A stretch of 64,000 bases of DNA from an uncultured Bacteroides sp. (GCA_964575435.1 CAZNRK010000001.1:38145-102144), one strand, 5' to 3'. Counted from the first letter of the stretch, positions 29,374 through 39,753 are shown. Numbers and translations are program-made. Notes: generated by a model not told the origin, from the letters alone.

Positions 29374-29961
29374 TTACTGCTCTGTGGAGAGCACGTCGGT
29401 GATGTCGTCGTGGATGGCCGAGAGGCTGTCGCGCATGCGGCGGGAATAACTGATGCCAATGAAGAATCCGACTATCCCGCCTAAAGCGGCGAATACCACC
29501 TGGCCCCAGGCCTGTCCCGGACTCATCACTCTAAACATCTCATGAGCAAAATATGCAAACCACACAACCAGCACTGCGCTCCCTACATAAAGCTCTTTCA
29601 GAGCGCGGCGCTTGGCTTTGAGGCTCTGCTCGGCCAGCTCAAGCAAGCTATGGCTGTCTGACGACGGGTCGGTTATGTCCTTGAGATTCCACCACTGGAA
29701 GAAAAGGCTGCCGATAATCATCACTAACGTGAAAATCTGGAAAGGCAGAGAGAGCTGGAGAGTATGACAGAGCCAAGGCCACAGCACCACTGCCACCAGA
29801 CCGCATGCAACGATGCGTAGCTGCAATTTTCGTATTTTGGAGATGTGGGGAGCGGTGGCGCGAGCGAGCATCTTCGGAGTGATGTGCACTTGGCGCGCTG
29901 CGTCGTCTTTGAATGATTGGTATTCTTGGCGGAGAGAGTCGAGGGTATCAGGAGTTTGCAT
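29374..29961 (-). CDS. Four-TM membrane protein, putative anti-sigma factor
   Basis: Overlaps the ECF sigma stop; start moved to MQTPDTL; four TM helices. Confidence 0.7.
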   Translation of the reverse strand: MQTPDTLDSLRQEYQSFKDDAARQVHITPKMLARATAPHISKIRKLQLRIVACGLVAVVLWPWLCHTLQLSLPFQIFTLVMIIGSLFFQWWNLKDITDPSSDSHSLLELAEQSLKAKRRALKELYVGSAVLVVWFAYFAHEMFRVMSPGQAWGQVVFAALGGIVGFFIGISYSRRMRDSLSAIHDDITDVLSTEQ

Positions 29962-30439
29962 TGTTGTCGGAAGATTTAAGTTGTTGTCGGATGCGATAAA
30001 GGCGTATGCCCACATTTTGGGTGGAAATGCCCACGATTGCTGCGATCTCGTCGTATGGGAGATCTTCGAGCCAAAGGAGCACTATTGCTCGGTCGAGAGG
30101 GCCGAGAGTGCGGATGCGCTCGTGGAGCTGTTGGCGCTGCTTGGCGTCAGACTGGCTCTCGGGCACGTCGCCAACGAGATCAATGGCCACCCGGTCAGGA
30201 TTCTTTTTCTCCTTCCTGGCAGCGGAGATGCAGGTGTTGAGGCAGATGCGATAGATCCACGTCGACATGGAGCTCTCGCCTCTGAAGTTGGCCAGGCCTT
30301 TCCAGATGTTGATCAGGCATTCATGAAAAAGGTCGGCAACGGCATCGGCCGAGTCGGCATACATGTAGCAGACGCTATAGATGTTGGCGCGTTGGCTCTC
30401 TACAAGGTCAGCAAATTCTTTTTCTGAATAATGTTTCAT
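29948..30439 (-). CDS. ECF-type RNA polymerase sigma factor
   Basis: DLFHE..W..FRGES..STWIYRI.LN; Y.EIA.IVG; start moved to MKHYSEKEF. Confidence 0.93.
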   Translation of the reverse strand: MKHYSEKEFADLVESQRANIYSVCYMYADSADAVADLFHECLINIWKGLANFRGESSMSTWIYRICLNTCISAARKEKKNPDRVAIDLVGDVPESQSDAKQRQQLHERIRTLGPLDRAIVLLWLEDLPYDEIAAIVGISTQNVGIRLYRIRQQLKSSDNNANS

Positions 30440-30572
30440 ACCTTTTTGACGCATAAGTCCGCTCAAAATTACAAAAAAATCGAGATAAAAATAAAAATTC
30501 TTGCTCAAATGAACAATTTTTCGAAAAAACACCTTATATTTGCATCTAAATAATCGTTAAAACTTATTTTTT

Positions 30573-30992
30573 ATGGGATTCTTCCAAGATTTCAAAGCAT
30601 TTGCCATGAAGGGCAATGTAGTAGACATGGCTGTCGGTGTGATCATCGGTGGCGCGTTCGGCAAAATCGTCAGCTCGCTCGTTAACGATATTATTATGCC
30701 TGTTGTGGGCGTATTCACCGGTGGCGTTGACTTCAAAAACCTCACCTACGTGCTCCATGAGGCCACAGTCAACGAGGCCGGCGAAACAGTGGCTGAGGCC
30801 GTTACCCTTAACTATGGTATGTTCATCCAGAACATCGTCGACTTCCTGATCATCGCCTTCAGTATCTTCGTGGCTCTGAGAGTGATTATGAAATTCAAGA
30901 AACAGGAAGAAGAAGCTCCCGCAGCTCCTGCCGGCCCCACCACCGAAGAGCTTCTGACTCAAATCCGCGACATTCTGGAGCAAAAGAAATAA
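30573..30992 (+). CDS. mscL: Large-conductance mechanosensitive channel
   Basis: [20 protein letters not shown]...LLTQIRD; TATATTTG promoter element at 30535-30542. Confidence 0.98.
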   Translation: MGFFQDFKAFAMKGNVVDMAVGVIIGGAFGKIVSSLVNDIIMPVVGVFTGGVDFKNLTYVLHEATVNEAGETVAEAVTLNYGMFIQNIVDFLIIAFSIFVALRVIMKFKKQEEEAPAAPAGPTTEELLTQIRDILEQKK

Positions 30993-30999
30993 TTGGGCT

Positions 31000-31545
31000 A
31001 TGCCCGCTATTGTGCTCGCAGGCTTCATGTGCTCGGGCAAGACCACCCTTGGGGAGGCTCTTGCCCGACGCTTGAGTGTTTCTTTCACCGACCTCGACGC
31101 AGCCATAGAGAACCGGCTCGGCATGTCGGTTCGGGAGATTTTCCTCCACAAGGGCAAAGACGCTTTCAGGCAGATCGAAGTTAAAACCCTTGATATCGTG
31201 CTTGCTCAGAATCCCGACGGAGTGATTGCCCTCGGGGGTGGAACTCCCTGTCGTCCCGGTATCATGGAGAGGCTTAACGAGACATCCCGGACTGTCTGGC
31301 TTGAAGCCTCGCCCGAGAGATTGATACCCCGACTCATGAACGGCCGTCAAAACCGTCCTCTCCTGCAAGCAATCTCTACTGAGGATGAGATGCGTGGTTT
31401 AATGAACCGGTTACTTGCCGACCGCAACCCATATTACAGCAAGGCCCGCCATCATTTTGATTCCTCTTTTCTTGAGACTTCCGAGGAGGTCAATTCCTCG
31501 GTTGATAAATTTATCAGCGAGATCCTCCTCAGCCCGAAGTCCTGA
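31000..31545 (+). CDS. aroK: Shikimate kinase
   Basis: GFMCSGKTT, DLD, GGG, RPLL, R..YY. Confidence 0.93.
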   Translation: MPAIVLAGFMCSGKTTLGEALARRLSVSFTDLDAAIENRLGMSVREIFLHKGKDAFRQIEVKTLDIVLAQNPDGVIALGGGTPCRPGIMERLNETSRTVWLEASPERLIPRLMNGRQNRPLLQAISTEDEMRGLMNRLLADRNPYYSKARHHFDSSFLETSEEVNSSVDKFISEILLSPKS

Positions 31546-31590
31546 ATAATTTTTAAACCAACCACTCTTCACATTATAATATATATAACA

Positions 31591-32769
31591 ATGGGAAATC
31601 CATATGCCATACCCAAGGAAAAGCAATTAAAACTCACTGCTAACCGCCATCGCATCACCATCGGATTGCCCACACCGCCCTCAGGCAGCGACAGGCGTTT
31701 CCCACTCACTCCCGAAGCCGCAGGCATGCTCGTGGAGCGAGGTTTTAATGTGAAGATTCAGCAAGGAGGTGCATCATCGATCCATTATACCGACCTGCGC
31801 TATCAGCAGCAAGGAGTTGATATCGTGGACCGCGGCGAAGCTTTCCGCTGCGACATCGTAATCTATCTGGCTCCGCTCTCCGGCATTGATGCCCGCGCCT
31901 TACGCAATGGAGCCATGCTCCTTACTTTTATAGATTCCGTACTGGCCGACCGCTCTGCTGCTGCCATCCTGCTCCGCAATTCTATCATTACTCTGGCGCT
32001 TGACCTTATAGAGGATTCGCGCGGACTGCTGCCTTTTGCCGATATTCTCGCTGAGATTTCCGGCCGCGCAGCCATGACAATTGCCAATTCCCTTCTGGCC
32101 GATTCTGACCATGGCAAGGGCATCCTGCTCGGAGGCGTTGCCGGCATCGTGCCCTGTGAAGTCACGATTATGGGCTCTGGCATCAGTGCTTGCGCTGCAG
32201 CAAGAAGCGCCATGGGTCTGGGTGCGATAGTGAAGATGTTTGACAACGACGTCTACTCCCTGCGTGCAGCCTTGCGCGAGCTCGGTGCAGGAATCACCGG
32301 ATCGTCGATGCATCCGCGTGTGCTTGCAGGTGCGCTCCGTTCTGCCGACGTGGTCATTGCCACCGACGCCCGACCGCCCTACGAAATTTCATCTGATATC
32401 ATCTCTGAGATGAAAGAGGGGGTTATAATCTTTGACATTACATCAACCGACCGTGCCGTCTTCCCCTCCCTGCCTCCGGTCGACATAGGCAACACCCCGC
32501 TTGCCGCCCTCTCCGAGCTGAAAGGCCGTCGGGCCTATTTCTATCCCGCCGGAGCTGTGCCTCGCACCGTGGCCATGGCCTTGAGCAATACGTTCATCAC
32601 GATGATTACCGAGATTTTCACCTGCAACGGCATCACTAACGCACTGATGCTCAATGGCGGATTGCAACGCGCTGTGCTCACCTTTATGGGTAAGCCCACT
32701 AATGCACGCGTGGCCACGCGTCTGGAAATGCGCCCTATGGATATCAATCTTATTCTCCAGTTTTCATAA
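31591..32769 (+). CDS. Alanine dehydrogenase-like protein (degenerate active site)
   Basis: AlaDh/PNT fold: LTPE, AEISGR, GKGILLGGVAGI, GAVPRT..ALSN. Confidence 0.8.
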   Translation: MGNPYAIPKEKQLKLTANRHRITIGLPTPPSGSDRRFPLTPEAAGMLVERGFNVKIQQGGASSIHYTDLRYQQQGVDIVDRGEAFRCDIVIYLAPLSGIDARALRNGAMLLTFIDSVLADRSAAAILLRNSIITLALDLIEDSRGLLPFADILAEISGRAAMTIANSLLADSDHGKGILLGGVAGIVPCEVTIMGSGISACAAARSAMGLGAIVKMFDNDVYSLRAALRELGAGITGSSMHPRVLAGALRSADVVIATDARPPYEISSDIISEMKEGVIIFDITSTDRAVFPSLPPVDIGNTPLAALSELKGRRAYFYPAGAVPRTVAMALSNTFITMITEIFTCNGITNALMLNGGLQRAVLTFMGKPTNARVATRLEMRPMDINLILQFS

Positions 32770-33419
32770 TGGGAGCCAAACGAAAATTTTATGTCGTATG
32801 GGCTGGACGTGTCCCGGGAATCTACGACAACTGGCCCGATGCTCATGACCAGGTCGATGGTTTCCCGGGTGCTCGCTTTAAGGCTTTCGACTCTTGCGAA
32901 GATGCCACGTTGGCTTTTCGCAAAGAAGCTGATGCTGCCGACCGGTTAATTTTCTCGCGAATGGCCGAAAAGCGCAATCAGCAGGTGGTCAATTATTCGG
33001 CCTTCCCGGAGATTTGTCTTGATGCAATCTCGGTAGATGGTGCATGCGACCGCAATCCCGGCGGAAATGTTGAATACCGTGGGGTAAGGGTCGGCACCGG
33101 AGAGGAGATTTTCCACGTCGGTCCGCTTGTGGGAGGCTCTAACAATATCGGAGAATACATCGGTCTTGTCCACGTCCTCGCCCTCCTGCAATCACAAGGC
33201 GACGACACCACTCCCGTCTACACCGACTCCCGCACCGCACTCTCTTGGCTTCGCGCTCGCCACAATCGCAGCACGGTGAAAATCGACCCCTCTCTTCCCT
33301 TGGCCAAAATCCTTGCCAGAGCCGATGCCTGGGTGGCCACACATCAATGGAAAAATCCGGTCCTGAAATGGAACACCGAGCTCTGGGGCGAAATCCCCGC
33401 CGACTTTGGCCGTAAGTGA
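32769..33419 (+). CDS. rnhA: Ribonuclease HI with N-terminal viroplasmin (hybrid-binding) domain
   Basis: FYVVW.GR.PGIY..W; SVDGAC, NNIGEY, YTDS, WGEIPADFGRK. Confidence 0.92.
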   Translation: MGAKRKFYVVWAGRVPGIYDNWPDAHDQVDGFPGARFKAFDSCEDATLAFRKEADAADRLIFSRMAEKRNQQVVNYSAFPEICLDAISVDGACDRNPGGNVEYRGVRVGTGEEIFHVGPLVGGSNNIGEYIGLVHVLALLQSQGDDTTPVYTDSRTALSWLRARHNRSTVKIDPSLPLAKILARADAWVATHQWKNPVLKWNTELWGEIPADFGRK

Positions 33420-33480
33420 CTCCACCACGGCTCGTTCTGAACTAATAAGGTAAACAATAGATATTTCTAAGAAAAAGAAT

Positions 33481-34992
33481 ATGAGAAAAATCATGCTTTC
33501 CGCCATATGCCTGACCGCTCTTAGCGGACAAGCATTTGAGTTGGCAGACACCACCGTGAGCCTTTCGGCAGAAATTATTGCCGGGGGGTCAACGGGCGAT
33601 TTTGCTCCGTACATGATTGGGTCGTGGAACCACGGTAAGACCCCCTCCAAATCCACAGCCCTTTTCGAGGCTTCAGCCATTAAGCCCCTAAGGCTTGACA
33701 GACGTTTCTCCTGGGGCTTTGGTGCTGATTTCCTTACCGGCTATAGCTCCAAGCAAGACTACGCCCGCTACGAGCATGCTTCATCCTCATGGACCTCTAC
33801 GGCGCAGGGTCCGGCTGCCGCATGGCTTCAGCAGCTATATGGCGAGGTGAAGTATCGAGGAGTGTTTCTTACCGTGGGCCTCAAAGAGCACGAATCGGCA
33901 ATCCTGAATTCTCGCCTTTCTTCGGGTGACTTCATCGAGAGCGGCAATTCGCGCCCCATCCCGGAGGTAAGAGCCGGATTCGTGGATTTCCAAAATATAC
34001 CCTTCACTAACGGTTGGGTGCAGATTCAGGGTGAAATTTCCTATGGCGTGATGCCCGATGATAAGTACATGACCAACCATTATAACTATTATTCCTACCA
34101 CCTCAACACTGATGCTTTTTACAGCTACAAGCGCTGCTACTTCCGCACCAAGCCTTCGCAGCCGCTGTCAGTGACCGTGGGTATGCAAGTCGGTGGATTC
34201 TTTGGTGGTAAGACTTCTTTCTATAATAAAGGTGTGCTCACTCACCAGGAGCAATTCTCCAAGTCAGTGAAAACCTTTTTCAAAATGCTCCTTCCCACTG
34301 AAGGCAACGGCAACGACTACTACGAAGGCAGCTCCTTGGGCTGTTGGGATTTCAAGGCCCGTTACCGCCTGAAATCGGGCGCAGAAGTGAGTGCATATTT
34401 CCAATGGCCCTTCGAAGACGGGTCGGGCATTGGCAAGATGAACGGCTTTGACGGCGTCTGGGGTATTGAACTGCGTCTGCCTCAGTCAAAATGGCTGAAA
34501 GCCGTAGTAGCTGAATATGTGGACTTCCGCAACCAGAGCGGTCCGATCCACTGGGCACCTTCCGACCGTCCCGGCACCACGATCACCTCCAATGCCACCG
34601 GATTTGACAACTACTACAACAACGCCTCATATAATTCCTACGCCAACTACGGCATGGCCATCGGCACTCCATTCCTGCTCTCGCCCGTCTATAATCTCGA
34701 CGGCTATCCTGCTTTTGCATGCACGCGCACTTCGGGTTTCCACATCGGAGGCGAGGGTTCGCTCTCATCAAAACTTGATTGGCGCTTGCTCCTGAGTTAT
34801 CGCCACGGCCTCGGAGGTTATGATGTGCCATACACCGAGGCTCGCAACTGCACCTCTGCAATGGTCAACATGGTATGGCGCGCCGACGTGCTCCTGCCTG
34901 GTCTTGTGATTGATGGCAAGGTGGCCTTCGATGCCGGCAAACTGCAAGGCAACAATTTCGGCGTAATGGCAGGCATCGGTTATAACTTCTGA
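33481..34992 (+). CDS. Capsule assembly Wzi-family outer-membrane protein
   Basis: Signal peptide, SSGD..ESGNSRPIP motif, beta-barrel pattern, C-terminal Phe. Confidence 0.8.
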   Translation: MRKIMLSAICLTALSGQAFELADTTVSLSAEIIAGGSTGDFAPYMIGSWNHGKTPSKSTALFEASAIKPLRLDRRFSWGFGADFLTGYSSKQDYARYEHASSSWTSTAQGPAAAWLQQLYGEVKYRGVFLTVGLKEHESAILNSRLSSGDFIESGNSRPIPEVRAGFVDFQNIPFTNGWVQIQGEISYGVMPDDKYMTNHYNYYSYHLNTDAFYSYKRCYFRTKPSQPLSVTVGMQVGGFFGGKTSFYNKGVLTHQEQFSKSVKTFFKMLLPTEGNGNDYYEGSSLGCWDFKARYRLKSGAEVSAYFQWPFEDGSGIGKMNGFDGVWGIELRLPQSKWLKAVVAEYVDFRNQSGPIHWAPSDRPGTTITSNATGFDNYYNNASYNSYANYGMAIGTPFLLSPVYNLDGYPAFACTRTSGFHIGGEGSLSSKLDWRLLLSYRHGLGGYDVPYTEARNCTSAMVNMVWRADVLLPGLVIDGKVAFDAGKLQGNNFGVMAGIGYNF

Positions 34993-35003
34993 ATCCTCTG
35001 ACA

Positions 35004-35450
35004 ATGAAAACTTTACGAATACTTTTACTCCTCCTACCGGCTTTTCTCATTGGAGGCTGCACCCATAATAACGGCAACATAGGCGAGCTCTTCGGCCAGT
35101 GGATCATGACAGAAATTACTGCAGACGGCGCTCCGGTCGCAGACCTCACTCCCGCGGATTGGAACTGGCGTTTTCAGAGCGGCGTTCTGCTGATTTCACA
35201 CGTCGACCCTGTGGCTCATTCCCATTCTCAATACTGGGCTTCGTGGGAGCGCCAGGGGCAGACACTGAAAGTGAACTACAACAACACCGACCCGGCGATC
35301 GACTTCAATTATGACTATCCAAAGGCTCTGGGTTTCACCACTGCGTCAGTCTATGATGTAAAAATTACTAATTCTACGGGAAAGAATATGACCCTCCAGA
35401 TGGTCAACCCGGAGGGCGTAACTTACGTTTATACTCTAAAAAAGAATTGA
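35004..35450 (+). CDS. Lipocalin-like lipoprotein
   Basis: Lipobox IGGC, L.GQW motif, 148 aa beta-rich. Confidence 0.7.
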   Translation: MKTLRILLLLLPAFLIGGCTHNNGNIGELFGQWIMTEITADGAPVADLTPADWNWRFQSGVLLISHVDPVAHSHSQYWASWERQGQTLKVNYNNTDPAIDFNYDYPKALGFTTASVYDVKITNSTGKNMTLQMVNPEGVTYVYTLKKN

Positions 35451-35488
35451 CTTCCGGTCTTTTCTCCAAACTCTCAAATCAGACACAC

Positions 35489-37696
35489 ATGACATATTTC
35501 ACCCCGGAAGAGAGCCGACAGGTATTTGAAACAGCCCGGCGCTTGCTCCGATATCTCCAGGATACAGCCCTCCCTGACGATTATCAGGGGGTGCGCCACT
35601 TGATCCGCCAGGCCATTGAGGACGGCCGCTGTCCGCGCGACCGATACGGCATTAATCCCGTGGTGCGCAATCTCGCCACGGCCGATCTCCTTTGCGAGAA
35701 AATATCGCCCGATCGCAATATGGTCATCGCCATCATGCTCTATACCCTCGTTAAGAAGGGAGTAGTAACCATCGAGGAGATGACCGAGCGCTGGGGCAAG
35801 GACGTGGGTCGCATGCTCGAAGGTCTATCAAAAGTTGCCTCGCTCTATAGCAAGCAGGCAGCCGTGGAGAGCGACAATTTCCGCAAGCTCCTCCTCACCT
35901 TCGCTCGCGATATCCGTGTGATCATCATCATGATTGTCGACCGTCTGGCCCTGATGCGTGCCATCAATCACCACCCCAACGAAAAGCTCGTGCACGATGT
36001 CTCCTACGAGGCTAACTATCTCTACGCTCCGTTGGCCCACCGTCTTGGCCTATATTCCATCAAGTCGGAGTTGGAGGATATGTCGTTGAAATATACCAAC
36101 CGTGACACCTATCGCCGCATAGCCGACAAGCTCTCCGACACCAAAGCCGTGCGCGAGGCATATATCGAGGATTTTATCCGTCCTATCCGCGAAAGGCTTG
36201 AAAAAGAAGGACTGAAGTTTGAGATTAAAGGTCGCACCAAAAGCATCTACTCTATATGGAATAAGCTGCGCAAGCAGAAAAACGATGTCGAAGACCTCTA
36301 CGACCTCTTTGCCATCCGCATTATCCTCGATGTGCCTCTTGAGAGAGAGAAGCCCGAGTGCTGGCTCGTGTATTCGCTCGTTACTGACATGTACACTCCC
36401 AATCCCGCCCGCATGAAGGATTGGCTCTCAATCCCCAAGAGTAACGGTTACGAGAGTCTGCACATTACTGTCTATGGCCCGCAGGAGCGCTGGGTGGAGG
36501 TGCAGATCCGCACCCGCCGCATGGACGAAATCGCCGAAAAAGGCCTTGCTGCCCACTGGAAGTACAAGGGAATCAAGAGCGAAAACGACCTCGACCGATG
36601 GATGAATAATATCCGCGACATCCTTGAGACTGCTGAGACCGGCCCGATGGAGCTGATGAAGAATTTCAAGATGGACGTCTACGACAAGGAGGTGTTTGTA
36701 TTCACTCCGCGCGGCGACCTCTACAAGCTCCCTCAGGGTGCGTCACTTCTCGACTTTGCTTTTCACATCCACACCAACCTTGGATGTAAATGCACAGGAG
36801 GCAAGGTAAACGGAAAGAACCAAAAAATCAACTATCGCCTGCGCACGGGCGACACCGTCGAAATCCTCACCTCCTCCACTCAGCATCCCAAGGCCGACTG
36901 GCTCAATTTCTGTGTCACATCAAAGGCTCGCAATAAAATCCGTGTTGTGCTCAAAGAGCAGGAGAGCAGAAGCGCAGAGATTGGCCGGGAGCTACTGCAA
37001 CGTAGATTCAAAAACCGAAAGATTGAAATCGACGAGGCAGCCCTGATGCGTGTGGTGAAAAAGATGGGATTTAAAACCGTCACCGATTTCTATCACGCCT
37101 TGGCTCAGGAGGAAATCGACATCAACACCGTCATTGACACCTACACAGAGGCCGAACAAAAAGCTGCCGCGGCTGCCGAGAAGGTTTCAGCTGAGGAGTA
37201 TGTGATGCAACCCGCGCAAGAGACCGACTCCTCCGAGACTGCAAATTCCGACATCCTCATTATCGATAACAGCAACATTAAAGGCCTGAACTATCGCTTT
37301 GCCCGCTGCTGCAACCCGATTTACGGCGACGACGTCTTTGGATTTGTATCCTCGGAAGGTGTGATTAAAATCCACCGCGCGGATTGCCCGAATGCTGCAA
37401 ATATCCACGCAAAATATCCTTACCGCATCATCACCACAAAATGGTCAGGCAAGCTCGGCGGACAGTTTGCCGTAACCCTCCGCGTGGTGGGCAAAGACGA
37501 CATCGGCATCGTGACGAATATCACCTCCATTATCAATAAGGAGAAAAATACCGTGCTGCGGAATATTTCGATCAACTCATTTGACGGAATTTTCCAAGGC
37601 TTTCTCGTGGTCGGTGTCAACGACACCGACGCTGCAAATAATCTAATAAAGAAACTCGGAACAGTAAAAGGCGTAAAAGATGTGCAACGTGTTTAA
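35489..37696 (+). CDS. relA: RelA/SpoT family (p)ppGpp synthetase
   Basis: YAPLAHRLG, GRTK, DLFAIR, EVQIRT, TGS, CC and ACT domains; HD motif missing; start moved to MTYFTPEE. Confidence 0.92.
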   Translation: MTYFTPEESRQVFETARRLLRYLQDTALPDDYQGVRHLIRQAIEDGRCPRDRYGINPVVRNLATADLLCEKISPDRNMVIAIMLYTLVKKGVVTIEEMTERWGKDVGRMLEGLSKVASLYSKQAAVESDNFRKLLLTFARDIRVIIIMIVDRLALMRAINHHPNEKLVHDVSYEANYLYAPLAHRLGLYSIKSELEDMSLKYTNRDTYRRIADKLSDTKAVREAYIEDFIRPIRERLEKEGLKFEIKGRTKSIYSIWNKLRKQKNDVEDLYDLFAIRIILDVPLEREKPECWLVYSLVTDMYTPNPARMKDWLSIPKSNGYESLHITVYGPQERWVEVQIRTRRMDEIAEKGLAAHWKYKGIKSENDLDRWMNNIRDILETAETGPMELMKNFKMDVYDKEVFVFTPRGDLYKLPQGASLLDFAFHIHTNLGCKCTGGKVNGKNQKINYRLRTGDTVEILTSSTQHPKADWLNFCVTSKARNKIRVVLKEQESRSAEIGRELLQRRFKNRKIEIDEAALMRVVKKMGFKTVTDFYHALAQEEIDINTVIDTYTEAEQKAAAAAEKVSAEEYVMQPAQETDSSETANSDILIIDNSNIKGLNYRFARCCNPIYGDDVFGFVSSEGVIKIHRADCPNAANIHAKYPYRIITTKWSGKLGGQFAVTLRVVGKDDIGIVTNITSIINKEKNTVLRNISINSFDGIFQGFLVVGVNDTDAANNLIKKLGTVKGVKDVQRV

Positions 37697-38534
37697 ATTT
37701 TCGCTTCCGGTCATTCTGGCCGGGGCTTTGACGATGAGCTCTTGTGGCTCGGATAATAAAGAGCAAAATGCAGCCGAGGCAGCCCTGGCCTCAGCCGATA
37801 GTCTGATCTCATGTGGGGATTATACCCAAGCTCTTGAGGCTCTCGACAGCATTGAGGCGCGATATCCGCAGATGATAGAAGTGAGGCGAAAGGCCCATGA
37901 TTTGCGCCCTGTGGCTGTGGAAAAATTGACCATCAAGCAGATACAATCGGCCGACAGCTTGATTGCCACCACTCAGCAGCGCCTCTCTGAGCTTGAAGGC
38001 AATTTCAATCACATCTCAGGCAACGGGCTCGAGGGCTATTACCTGCCGAAAAGCTACACAAGCTCCGGATTCACCAACACCACCGGTGTGCAGCCTCGCG
38101 TCAACGATGCCGACGGCATGTTTTATCTGGTGGCAAGCAATACGGGCAATCCGCTGAATATAAATCAGGTAGCCCTTGTCATCGGAGGTCAGGAGTACGC
38201 TTCGGAAGTAATCCCGGCTGCAAGCGAGCGCTCCACAAAGATCGAAGGCGGCGAGATCGCAACTTTCCTGCCCGAGGAGGTCAATGCCATTGGCGCTTCG
38301 GCCTCTGAGGCCGGCGTGCCGGTGACGGAAATTGTGTTGATCGGCACAAAAGGACGCAAGAAAGTGAAAATTAGCCCGGTGCAGGGCACCGACATAGCCA
38401 AAGCCTGGCAATACGGCACTCAAAAAAATCAACTGAAATCAGCCTTGATGCTTCGCGAAAAACTTGACCGTCGACTCCAAATCGCACGCGACCAACTCGC
38501 CAACCGTATCCCCGACGATTTGCCGCAAGAATAA
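37680..38534 (+). CDS. Hypothetical lipoprotein
   Basis: Lipobox MSSC, helical N-terminus, coiled-coil C-terminus; overlaps the relA end. Confidence 0.8.
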   Translation: MCNVFKFSLPVILAGALTMSSCGSDNKEQNAAEAALASADSLISCGDYTQALEALDSIEARYPQMIEVRRKAHDLRPVAVEKLTIKQIQSADSLIATTQQRLSELEGNFNHISGNGLEGYYLPKSYTSSGFTNTTGVQPRVNDADGMFYLVASNTGNPLNINQVALVIGGQEYASEVIPAASERSTKIEGGEIATFLPEEVNAIGASASEAGVPVTEIVLIGTKGRKKVKISPVQGTDIAKAWQYGTQKNQLKSALMLREKLDRRLQIARDQLANRIPDDLPQE

Positions 38535-39671
38535 TCAGAAAAGTGCCTTCAGGGCCCGGTTTTTCTCAGAGTCTGCGACGATGGCGATGAGGCGCCCGGG
38601 GTCTGAAATTATGCTATAGGCCTCAATCCCGGATTTTTGGAGCCGTTCTTTAAGAGCTTCGGCTGAGAGGTCTCCTACCACGCAAACGGCTGCGAGAGCA
38701 GGGGTGGGGAGGGCAACGATGGGGAAGGAGAATTCGTCGCGGCTGTCTGCAAATGTCAACGTGGCCATTCCGTCGGAGTATGTGGCCGAACCCTCGCGGG
38801 CGGCCACAGCGATGATTTCGCCGGCGGCAGCGGTAGAGTCAATTAGTGTGCCGGGGGCCTGAGGCTGGAATGTGTTTAAAAGTTTGACCGGAACGCCGGC
38901 CTTCTCAGCCGGCGCTATGCACAAGGGGTGAAGGATTTTCGCTCCGAAAAATGCAAGGGCAGAGGCCTGAGCGTGAGAGAGGTGGCGCACGGGGGTGGTT
39001 CCGCTCACCACTCTCGGGTCGTTGTTGTGCAATCCGTCGATGTCGGTCCAGATTTGTATCTCAGCTGCAGGGATTACCGAACCGATAATCGTGGCTGTAA
39101 AGTCGCTGCCTCCGCGCTGGAGGTTAGAGACTTCACCCTCGCTGTCTCGGCAGATAAAACCTTGAGTGATAATGACATCAGCGTTTGTGCGCGATAGCAG
39201 GGCCGTTAGCTTCTCGCGGATGAAATCATAATGAGGGGAGCCGTCTGGGAGGGTGCGCATAAAGATCAAAGCCGGGAGCCAGATAGAAGAAATGCCACGG
39301 CTCTGCAAGAGGTAATTCATTATGGTGGTGGAGATTATCTCCCCTTTGGCCACAATTTCATTTCTTGTCAGGTCAGGGAGCTCGGCCAGGTGATTGTCGA
39401 TTTCCGAAATCACCATTGTTGCCTCCATCCGGTTGGGGAAAAGGATGCCGATGGTCTCCACATATTTTTTATATAGATCCGTAATTTGGGCGAAAGCCTT
39501 CGGGAGTTGATGCTGCTCGAAGCTGTCGGCGATGGCGAGCAGTGCATTTGTGTCGCCCGACATGGCTGAGAGCACCACTAAGTTGCGCTCGCCGTCGGTT
39601 ATCAGGTCGGCTACGTGTGAGATACGCTCGGCTGAACCTACCGACGTGCCTCCAAATTTCATTACTTTCAT
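38535..39671 (-). CDS. lysC: Aspartate kinase with short C-terminus
   Basis: KFGGTSVG, SAM, RGGSDFTA, WTDIDG..DPR, GAKILHP; start moved to MKVMKF. Confidence 0.9.
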   Translation of the reverse strand: MKVMKFGGTSVGSAERISHVADLITDGERNLVVLSAMSGDTNALLAIADSFEQHQLPKAFAQITDLYKKYVETIGILFPNRMEATMVISEIDNHLAELPDLTRNEIVAKGEIISTTIMNYLLQSRGISSIWLPALIFMRTLPDGSPHYDFIREKLTALLSRTNADVIITQGFICRDSEGEVSNLQRGGSDFTATIIGSVIPAAEIQIWTDIDGLHNNDPRVVSGTTPVRHLSHAQASALAFFGAKILHPLCIAPAEKAGVPVKLLNTFQPQAPGTLIDSTAAAGEIIAVAAREGSATYSDGMATLTFADSRDEFSFPIVALPTPALAAVCVVGDLSAEALKERLQKSGIEAYSIISDPGRLIAIVADSEKNRALKALF

Positions 39672-39717
39672 TCGCGATGAGATAATTTGAATTTTGCGGT
39701 GCAAAATTACTCAATTT

Positions 39718-39749
39718 TTTGCTGAAATTAAAAATATATGGTAAATTTG
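39718..39749 (+). promoter_or_regulatory. Housekeeping promoter, probably giving a leaderless mRNA
   Basis: TTTG-N20-TAAATTTG; ATG 4 nt downstream. Confidence 0.7.
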
Positions 39750-39753
39750 CACT

